Shown: positions 38,252 through 46,905 of the stretch, in pieces
Layout of the letters: each line of letters starts with the position of its first letter
Position numbering within the stretch: the first letter of the stretch is position 1
Virus record (IMG/VR): IMGVR_UViG_3300037466_003063
Length of the DNA: 64,000 nt
Strand: one strand, 5' to 3'
DNA from: an uncultured virus (IMG/VR IMGVR_UViG_3300037466_003063)
Lineage: Duplodnaviria > Heunggongvirae > Uroviricota > Caudoviricetes
Made by a program: the position numbers and the translations under genes
Notes under the pieces: generated by a model
What the model was told of the DNA's origin: nothing
The model's database searches: none
Seen by the model: only the letters and a program-made list of their open reading frames with translations

Positions 38252-39100
38252 CTAATTGCCATAGATTCCGCCGTCATCGCCGAAATAGAGTCCCTCGATG
38301 GACTCCCCGATATTGATTCCGCCGCTCCATTGCTTCAGCGCGTCGCTAAGTTCATCGCCGTAACCGTTCCAACGGCCATCCCAGAAACCGACTCCGCTGC
38401 CTTCCGCTTCCAATCGAGCAAAGGAACCGGCCGCTTCCCAGATGGACTCTCCGTGCGATCCTGGGACCCTGAACGACTCATCGGCTGCAGCGCGCTCGAT
38501 TATCGGCCGCAATGCCGACTCAAGCTCCGCCGCGCGTCCGATCATCGGCCGCAATGCTTCCGGCGCTATGTCATCCGGCGCGAATTGCGTCAGCCGGTCT
38601 CCGCCGCTGCGTGGATCCCATAGGGGAGGCTCGACTCCGGCTTCTGTCGCCGTTCCCAAATAGTAGCGAACGAACGGCGAAACGTCCTTTAGGAGCGCGG
38701 CCGATTCTTCCTGGTAACCGGCGCGGCGCTCCGCTCCGAATTCGGAGTCGGTGTATTGCTCAAGTTCGTCCGCGTAGAATTCGCGCCATATTTTCAGCGC
38801 CGGCGCGTCCGGATCGAACGGAGTCGCCGTCATGGCTTCCGCTATCGCTTCGCGCACATAGGCTAGACCGTCCGGCGTAAGCGGATTCTCTAGGAACGTG
38901 CCGCACGCGTCGCAATGTTGCGGCGTGTCGGCTTCCCCGCCGCCGTCTGGATAAGGTCCCTTTGGGTATGCGTCCGAGTCATAGCTCGACTCGTCCGCCG
39001 GGTCCGCCGGCGCTTCCCCGTCCGCTGCAATGGCAGCGCGGCGCGCTTCTCCGCAACTGGCGCAAAGGAGCGCCGCGCAACTCATGTATGCGTCAACCAT
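38252..39100 (-). CDS. Early hypothetical protein (CxxC motifs, G.GVGFWD C-terminal domain)
   Basis: Long ORF with junction SD. Confidence 0.75.
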   Translation of the reverse strand: MVDAYMSCAALLCASCGEARRAAIAADGEAPADPADESSYDSDAYPKGPYPDGGGEADTPQHCDACGTFLENPLTPDGLAYVREAIAEAMTATPFDPDAPALKIWREFYADELEQYTDSEFGAERRAGYQEESAALLKDVSPFVRYYLGTATEAGVEPPLWDPRSGGDRLTQFAPDDIAPEALRPMIGRAAELESALRPIIERAAADESFRVPGSHGESIWEAAGSFARLEAEGSGVGFWDGRWNGYGDELSDALKQWSGGINIGESIEGLYFGDDGGIYGN

Positions 39101-39330
39101 GCCTCAGCGCTTCCCGTTGTGATGTCCGCAAAGGCAAACAAGAGTCGGCGGATTCGGCGCAATGGCGCCGCACGAAAACCCGCCTAGCGCTCCATTGATC
39201 CGCCCGCGCTCCCATAGGTCCCGGCGCTCAGCGTTGCGAAACGGGTTTCCGCCTGGTCCGGCGCCGGCGCGGCCGTCCTCTATTCCGCGCTCCGCGGCGT
39301 AGCGATTCGTTTTCATAGCTCAGCGCTCCC

Positions 39331-40059
39331 TCAGTTGAATTGCGCGGCTAGGCGCAACTCATCTAACAACGCTTGGCCGAGACCGGCGCGGAGCTTCTGC
39401 CCAATCTCTAGGCAGGCGCGATAAATGGACTCGGCTTTGCGCGAGTCCGTGTCATAGCCATAATCCGCGGCCCAATCATCGAATCCAGCGGAGTGGAGCG
39501 CGTCCGCGTCGCGCACAAGCGATTGCATCACTTCCCCAATAGAGGGACCGGGAATCGGCCGCTGTGTCGCAACGGGCCGGCCGCTCAGCGCTACGCTTCG
39601 CGTTGCCATTTTCCCCGTCTCAATTTCGAGCGCGATTGCCTTAGCCTTGTCCGGCTTTGTATCCCATTTGCGCTTATCCGCCGGACAATAGCCGGTCCCC
39701 TGGCTGTATGACGTTGTGAGAATGTCGCGGCCGTCGCGCTTCAGCGTGACTCGCCAGTTCAGCGACTCCCATGGCTTGCCGTCCGGCCCGTTGCCTTTGG
39801 AGTTCTCCGACTGCGAATAGGGAACGAACGTTGATTCCATCGTGAGTCCGGCGCGCTCCGCAATCGCGTTGATCAGCGCTTCAACTTCCCCGCAGTCCGG
39901 TTCCACTTCCTCGACTGAATAGCCGGCGTGCTGCAGATAGTAATCGGCCGATTGGCCGCCGGCGTTATTGTGAAACCATTGGACGACTCCAACCCCTTGC
40001 GGCTCGGATTCGGCGATCCCGACTCGCTTGCCTTCCTGGCAGATTATTGCGGTTCCCAT
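39331..40059 (-). CDS. Early hypothetical protein
   Basis: FDDWAADYGYDTDSRKAESIY.AC motif common in phage early genes. Confidence 0.75.
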   Translation of the reverse strand: MGTAIICQEGKRVGIAESEPQGVGVVQWFHNNAGGQSADYYLQHAGYSVEEVEPDCGEVEALINAIAERAGLTMESTFVPYSQSENSKGNGPDGKPWESLNWRVTLKRDGRDILTTSYSQGTGYCPADKRKWDTKPDKAKAIALEIETGKMATRSVALSGRPVATQRPIPGPSIGEVMQSLVRDADALHSAGFDDWAADYGYDTDSRKAESIYRACLEIGQKLRAGLGQALLDELRLAAQFN

Positions 40060-40075
40060 TGACTCGACTCCCTCT

Positions 40076-41023
40076 TCAGACTGCGACAACCGACTCGCCG
40101 GCGCCGTCATTGAACGTTGCCACCATTTCGGCGCGCAACCCTGGATCCCATGAATAATTAGCGCTCCAGTTGTCCCGAATCTTCGCGCGCTCTTTCCGGT
40201 CCTTTTCTAGCCGTTCGAGCAACTGACTCAACTGAGACCGCAGCGCGCTGCATATTGCCGGCGATCCCTCCAGCCGGCGCGCTTTCATCTCCGCTAGCAG
40301 CTGCAGCGCTTCGCGCCTGATTTCCGCGGCTTCCTCACCGAGTCCGGCGTAGCGGCTGCCTTCCTGGAAAGCCTCATTATATTCGCGCTGAATCTCCGCG
40401 GCTTTCTCCGCGATCGAATCTGCCAAATATGCCGCATCGCGGCCCGCGTCATGGTGGCGGTTCGACTCGTAATAATCGGAGTCCGACTCCGTTCCCTCGA
40501 TCATTTCCCCGAAAGCGAGCGCCGCCGGCCCGTTGTCATCATCGGCGCGGCCGGTTGACGTGTCGCGCCAGTTGCTGCCGCGGCCGCCGCCGCTTCCCTC
40601 GCGATAGCCGACAACGTAGAGCGGCCGGCCGTTGCGGCTTGGCGGCTGATACACGGCGCCGCGGATCGTTTCCCCGTCGCCGTACTCATCGGTAAACCAA
40701 CCGAAATGACCTATTGAATCCGCCAGTTGATCAGCAAAGCCGACAAAGCGGAGTCCGATTGCGGCCGGCCGCTCTACCCAACGCAGAGTCGTTGAGCCGG
40801 ACTGAAACGGCGCGCCCATGCCGTTGCCTGGTAAGTCGAGATAGCGGCGGGTCCCGCTTTCCACGTCGCGGCGCGCCCTGGAAAGCGCTTCAGCTGCAGA
40901 AACGGGCCGGCGCCAATAGTCGCCATCGCCGCGACGCGCGTACCTATGGCCGTTTGCTTGCATCAACTGTCCCGGCTGGCGCCGCTGCCATTTGTACGCG
41001 CTTCTGAGTTCAGCGGTTATCAT
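40076..41023 (-). CDS. Early hypothetical protein
   Basis: 315 aa ORF; H.GWFTD..G.VY..P; junction SD. Confidence 0.75.
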   Translation of the reverse strand: MITAELRSAYKWQRRQPGQLMQANGHRYARRGDGDYWRRPVSAAEALSRARRDVESGTRRYLDLPGNGMGAPFQSGSTTLRWVERPAAIGLRFVGFADQLADSIGHFGWFTDEYGDGETIRGAVYQPPSRNGRPLYVVGYREGSGGGRGSNWRDTSTGRADDDNGPAALAFGEMIEGTESDSDYYESNRHHDAGRDAAYLADSIAEKAAEIQREYNEAFQEGSRYAGLGEEAAEIRREALQLLAEMKARRLEGSPAICSALRSQLSQLLERLEKDRKERAKIRDNWSANYSWDPGLRAEMVATFNDGAGESVVAV

Positions 41024-43925
41024 GGCTCAGCGCTCCCTTTTTGCTAGTCCGAAATCAGCCGGGTTGACCGATCCGCCAATCATGGGATTATCCCGCCATA
41101 GCTTCCCCGCGTCGCGATAGCCGCAACGCTCAGCAATGCAGTAAATCGAGTCGTAGTCTTCTAGCTCCTCTTTTGAGGAATAGACTTCCTGGACTCGCGC
41201 TTTCCATGATTGCGCCATTGGACTCACTTCCCCTTTTCCAGCTGCCAAGCGGGAAGCGTTACGGAGATGAACCGGGCCGCCGGTTCGATCACAAACGCGA
41301 ACGCGCACAATGCGAGCGCGGCCACGGTGATCATCTCAGCGACTCGGTTCATTCCTCGGCTCCCCTCTGTTGCCTAAGTTAAATGAACTAATCGGTTCAA
41401 CTAGTCAACTAAAAGTTGAATTATAGGATAACGCTCCGTCGCGCCGACGGTCCGTCATGGGCAGGACTCCAAGTCTTCAACGTAAAGGCGGAACGGCGGA
41501 AGCTCCGCAAAATAGTCTTCTTCTAGCTCCTCTACGCCGGCGCGCTCAGCCTCCGCGGCGATCATCCGGCGCCGTGCCTCTAGCGCCGCTTGCAGCGCTT
41601 CCCCGTTGCCTTTGACATAGTCGCGGATTGCAGCCTCAGCGGCCGCATAATCGAAACCTTCCTGCCGCTCCCCTCCGCCGTCTAAGTCATCGATCCATTG
41701 CCGCTCTAGGTCTCCGAGCGTGTAATCGGCCGGGTCCGCTAACAGAATGAATTCACGCTGAGACCTTAGCCGCTCCATGCCTTCCGCTGAGTCATCCGTT
41801 GAGTTGACGCGGTAGCGCGAAGCCGCGAGTCCTTCCCGCGTCACAAAACTGACTATTTCCGCCGGCTGGAGCGTGCCTAGCGTTTCGTCGACGAATCCGC
41901 ATGGGTCCGGCAACGGTTCCGAGGCGCGCGGTTCACGCTCCAGCGCTGCGCGCCAATAAGCCAGCGCGCTGGCAATGGTTGCGCGTTCCAGTTCATCGGC
42001 TCTAATCATCATCATTTCCCCTTCAGCAATTCCCCGAATTCATCCGTTTTCCTCGAACGGTCCGGCCGCGCCTGGATCCGTACGCATTCGCGGCAAGCGT
42101 TGGTTGACGTGTAACGCTCCCCATTGTGGCCGTACTTGCAAACCGGGCCGCTATAGAAACGCTCCCCGCGCTCCTCAGCGGCTTTGCGTGCTGCCGATTT
42201 AGGCCGCGGCATGATCCACGGCAGCGGCTAGAAGTTCGAGCGCCTTAGCGTCGCGTTCCCGTTTTGACGTGAATTCGCGCCGTATCTCTACGGCTTCGCC
42301 GGTTGCGGTTGAACGGGCCGCCTCAAATAAAACGAAGCGCCTACTGTTTGAGCCATTATAGGCACCTCTACGCAAGCCAAAGCGTTCTAGGTTTCGCGCC
42401 GATAAATCGAACCGCTGCCGTTCCCGCTTACGCTCATCGCGGACGCGCCGGTCATATGCGGCCGCTTCGCGCTTTGCGTCGCGGATAGCTCCTAACAGCG
42501 TCCGGCTTTCGCTTAGCGTCATGCCGGAATTGTCGGCCACAATGAAGCGGCGCGGACTCATCTCAATAACGTCAAAGCAACCGATTCCGGCGGCCGCTTC
42601 TTCATCTGTGACCGTGCGCGCCGTTATGACTTCATGGTGAATCATGACTAGCGCTCCCCTTTGAATTGCAGCGCGGCGCGCAAATGCCCGCGGCATTCCT
42701 CGACGGTGAGTCCGTCCGCGTACTGCCTCAGAAACCAATCGGCGAGCATCGAGTCCACGTCCGAATCGAGATAATCCGCAAAGGCTTGCGCTTCCTCGAC
42801 TCCGTCGCGGATGATCGATGATCGGTTAGCGCGGAATTCGCTTCCGCCTGGTAGCTCGTTAATCAGCACCTTGTTTCCGCTGAGACCCGCAACCGTTGCG
42901 AAGGCGCGGCTTCCACTGTGAAAGACTAGCTCTCCTACAGCGTATGACTCGCCGTCAACGTTGAATCGAAGTTCCGTCATCTCTCAGCGCTCCCCTATGA
43001 CTTCAGACATTTTGCGCGGCAGCACGCGAGTCCAATGCGTAATTGCTTGCGGCCCGTCGCGTCGTTTCCAATCGAGACATTCGGCCGCGTCTGTGCAATC
43101 AAGCAAAGTTCCATCGGCAAGCCGAATTACGTTCGCTTCATCGGCCGCGATCCCGTAGAGATTGCAGCGCCAAGTTGAGCCGAACGGCAGCGTTGGCAGC
43201 GTTTTCATGGTCTCAATTCCCCTGGTGCTGTGCGAGAATCACATAGGCGCGCCGTTCGCTCCAGCCGCGAGTCTGCAGTTCGGCGATTGCCTCAGCGTCG
43301 CTAATTTCGCCGGAGTCGTAGCGCTCCAGAATGTCCGCGTAGCTATACGGTTCAGCGTTCGGCGCTTGGAACCGCTCAAACGCGGCCATGACAAACGGGC
43401 CGGCAACTTCAGCCGCGTACGGTTCCGAGACTGAAGCTAGCTCCGTTCTCCCGTTCTCTTGCGGAACCTGGATGAATTCGGAGTCTTCATCGCCGCTCCC
43501 CGTGTCATAGTCGACGGTTACGCATTCGACAGCGACTCCAGCTGTCAGAATCGATTGCAGGACTCCGCCTTCCACTATGGCGACAATTCGGACCGGTTCA
43601 GACATGATCAGCGCTCCCCATTGAATCGGCGCGTTTTCCAGCCGCGACGCGCAGCGGCGCTCCGCTCTTTTGACTCGCGGATAGTTTCGAGCGCTGCGCG
43701 GCGGAACGCATAAGCGGAGCGCGCTTGATCAACCGCGTCCGCAGCGCCGTAACCGGCTGCCCTGGCGCGCCGGTAAGTCGGCGACTCAACTGCCTGCCTC
43801 ACTGTCAGCATGACTCATGCTCCCCTTAGAAAAACGTCCGCGCCAAAGCGATAAACCCGCAAACTAGAACGGCGATCAACATGAAAAGACCGTACATTGT
43901 TTTACCCTTTCGACTCGTGTGATTC

Positions 43926-43965
43926 TACTTAGGCAATATCGCTTAGGCAGTCAACTGAAAGTTGA
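43926..43965 (-). promoter_or_regulatory. Leftward sigma70-type promoter overlapped by operator
   Basis: TTGACT-17nt-TAAGTA on the minus strand; TCAAC-N5-GTTGA at 43951-43965. Confidence 0.75.
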
Positions 43966-43976
43966 ATTAACTCGGC

Positions 43977-44288
43977 TTAGTTGCAATGGAAGGCACGTCT
44001 TTTGAAGCCGGCGAACGTTGGCCGTCTCCTGCTATGGTGACCGCACAATCTGCAGAAGCGCGGCGCCTCTTTTCGATTCTTTAGGTGGCGCTCGAAACCG
44101 CGAGTCCCGCATTCCCATTTGTGCGCGACTGTGACTGTGCAACCCGCGGCTAGCGCTGCCTTGATCAGCGGCGATCCGCGGCCGGCTAAATGGTCCGCCA
44201 GTCGCTCCGCTACGCTCCGGCTAGTGAAACCGATATAATGACTCGCGTGCATATAAGCCGGCTCGATGTGGAGAATGTAGACGGCCAC
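43977..44288 (-). CDS. GIY-YIG-like nuclease
   Basis: VYILH..HYIGFT....RL..H..G.G. Confidence 0.75.
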   Translation of the reverse strand: MAVYILHIEPAYMHASHYIGFTSRSVAERLADHLAGRGSPLIKAALAAGCTVTVAHKWECGTRGFERHLKNRKEAPRFCRLCGHHSRRRPTFAGFKRRAFHCN

Positions 44289-46067
44289 GGCTTCACGGCT
44301 TCCGGAATCGGTTAAGCCATTTGACCGGCCGGACCGTTACGCGGTTGCGCTCCGCCAGTTGCGGCCAACGCTCAGCGGCTTTCATCATGGCGGCCGGTTG
44401 ATGATCCGCGCGAATTCGAGCTAGCCGCTTTATACGTAGTGGGCTGAGGGACTCGATTTCCCAGACTTCCCATAGCGACATTGACTCAACCCTTCCCGGC
44501 GCGTCGGCGATCCCGGCCGGCTTCCCATGCGGCGCGTTGCAGCACATGCGAGCGCGGCGGAGCGCGCAACCCTGCTAGGCCGCGGCGGTAAGAGTCGTGC
44601 AAGTAAGACGATTCGCCGTCATCCGGCCGCTCGAAAAACAGCCGATAAGTTGCCTCAGCTGCCGCGGTACGCTTCACGGCCGCCGACCGAATCGGTTGCG
44701 CTCAGCGGGCGCCCGCAATGTGTCGTTCCAGCGCGGCCCGATGATTGGCCTATGACGCGCGGCTGAGTCAGCCGCTAGTCTGTTATTTTCCTCATGCCAT
44801 TGTGCGGCCCAACGGTAGAAAGCAGCGGAACCGATGCAATTAGGGTTAGCGCTCAACGGATAACCCTGCGCACGTGCGGCCGCTCCATTGGTATAGCAAG
44901 CGGAGTCTTTCATCTCTCAGCGCTCCCCGTTCCCATTGGCCGCGGCTTCCGGATGATCCGTCAGGCCGCGCTCGATCACAGATTTGCGGCAATGCGGACA
45001 AGTCAACCGAGTCCGCCAGTCCGGCAAATGCTCGACAAGCGGCGGTTCATGGCCGTAGCGCGCACAATCGGCGGCCGGGTTGCTGCGGCGCGGTTCACGC
45101 ATAAAGCGGCGTTCAAATTCGCTCACGTTAGTAATCCGTTTCACAGTCTATTGACTCGACTATGCCTGTTTCGTCCACGTTGTACCGTGTGACAACTTCC
45201 CACGAATAGAAGTTGTCCGCTGGAACGGTGAGTCGATATTGCAACTCTTCAACGCTGACTTGTCCGAAGAAATCCCGGCCGGCGTTGATCAGCTGGACTC
45301 CGCGGTTAACCGCTTCCCCTAGCGTAGGATATTCGGAGTCGACTTCCTCAAACTCTTCAAAGTTGCCTAGCACGTCTAGCAGCGAGTCGGCGCTTTCTTC
45401 AGTCCAACCCTTTGCTTTGGCCGCTGCAACCATTTTGGCGCGCGGCATATAGCTCAGCTGGAACCGCTTCACTGAACGAACTCCCGCGCCTTTTCGCCTA
45501 GCAGGAAACGGCGCCGAATGACTCGCTCCTGGCGCTCCGCTTCGCGGATGATTGCGGCCGCATAGTCTCCGCCGGCCGCGTAGTGTTTCGGTTGTGCGTG
45601 CATCTCTCAGACTCCCTTTCCTAGCGCCATGCTGGCGAAATCGAACGGCTTGCTTAGGTCTATTTCTTGGATCCGTAGCGCCGTGCAACCGTGAACGTCT
45701 CTCAGCTGTGCAAGGTAGCGCTCAGCTTGGCCGCGGCTTGTTATCCGCTCCCCGTGCGGCGCGTCGAGCAAGAGGGACTCAGCGGCGCTCCCTGGCGCCT
45801 TTCCCCATATGACGAACTCAGCGGCCATGGTCTCAGCGCTCCCCGTTGATGCACTGATTCACCGCATAGACATCAAAGTCAGACGCGCGGGCGATAGCTT
45901 CCGCCTCATCGCGCGAGTCCGCTTCAACGGTGACCGTCTGCAGCGGCGGGTACGGGCCGCGGCGTAGGTCCCGGCCGTCTACGGCGAACGTATGCTGCGC
46001 GCCGCCGGCTTTGGGTAGATGATAACGGGTTGTCATCTCAACGAACTCCTTTTCGACTCGATGATTC

Positions 46068-46107
46068 AACTTAGGCGTTTCACTTAGGCAAGTCAACTCT
46101 AAGTTGA
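46068..46107 (-). promoter_or_regulatory. Leftward sigma70-type early promoter overlapped by operator
   Basis: TTGACT-17nt-TAAGTT on the minus strand; operator 46093-46107. Confidence 0.8.
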
Positions 46108-46114
46108 ATTCACA

Positions 46115-46197
46115 CGCATGATTCTACTTAGGCAATCCAGCTGTGCGCATCATTCTACTTAGGCAACGCCGGCGCTCGCATCATTCTACTTAGGCAA
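46115..46197 (+). repeat. Three copies of CGCATSATTCTACTTAGGCAA at 31-bp period
   Basis: ATTCTACTTAGGCAA at 46121, 46152, 46183. Confidence 0.95.
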
Positions 46198-46272
46198 GCG
46201 ATTGCAGCGCGTTCGATCAGCTGCCGCGCGTCGCTGCTAAGCCGCTGAGCTAGCGCGCCTTTTCATTTTTGC

Positions 46273-46318
46273 GGGTCCCTCTTCGACGGGGCGGCGCGGG
46301 CGGGAAGCGCTGAGCCGC
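46273..46318 (+). other. Candidate cos site (cosQ-like GGGTCCC and GAAGCGCTGAGC at 46304-46315)
   Basis: Resembles lambda cosQ GGGTCCT and (9/12) the Chi cohesive end GGTGCGCAGAGC as recalled; located where Chi-like phages have their ends. Confidence 0.55.
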
Positions 46319-46393
46319 AGAATTCGAGCCGATTCAACTTAGGCATAGGTGCTAATTTAACTTAGGCAAAGGCTGTATCGCACGAATAATACA

Positions 46394-46676
46394 GTGTGAC
46401 AGGGTGACAGGGTCGATCTGGGACCTGTCACACGATTTGCCGCAGAAATCCGCCGTTTGTGACAGGGTGACAGGGTGACAGCTTTTTCTATAGAGTGTCG
46501 AGGAGCAAAAGGGCTGAATCTGGGGCCGTACGGCAGCACCCGTGGTAGCGTGCCTAAGTAGAACGCTAAAGGAGAAGTTATTAGAAAACCGCTGTCACCC
46601 TGTCATCCTGTCACAACCCCGCAGAAAACTGCCGTTTTTCGTGTGACAGGTCCCGTGACAGGATCTGTGACAGGTC
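46394..46676. repeat. GTGACAGG iteron-like direct and inverted repeats, candidate replication origin
   Basis: About 12 copies of TGACAG/CTGTCA in tandem and inverted clusters around a central spacer. Confidence 0.7.
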
Positions 46677-46905
46677 CCCGATTCAACCGGATTCAGGGCA
46701 GAATCGACGATTCCTAAGTAGTATAGGTGCAAATTTCCGAAGTTCTGGGAAGGTTTTTTCGGGCCTGATTTGGCGCTCGATCGCCGCTGCCTAAGTCGAA
46801 TAGAAACCTCGCTGGAAACTGGTGATTTTGCAGGCCGTGAGGCTCAAGTGTTGACTCAACCGACAGTTGAAACTATGCGATTCGGAGTTGAAAAGGGGAC
46901 CAGTA

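Larger units (their letters stand above)
41455..46039 (-). other. Array of ~18 short, translationally coupled early genes of unknown function (e.g. 41455-42015, 42012-42212, 42199-42645, 42648-42980, 42984-43208, 43213-43605, 43608-43811, 44674-44913, 44917-45144, 45128-45472, 45607-45828, 45833-46039)
   Basis: Co-oriented ORFs, each with a GGGGAG-type SD, driven by leftward promoters. Confidence 0.75.

Noticed and set aside
39098..45844. Integron attC cassette array
   Set aside because: Junction motifs are only ~17 bp, lack GTTRRRY/RYYYAAC boxes and hairpins, and there is no integron integrase
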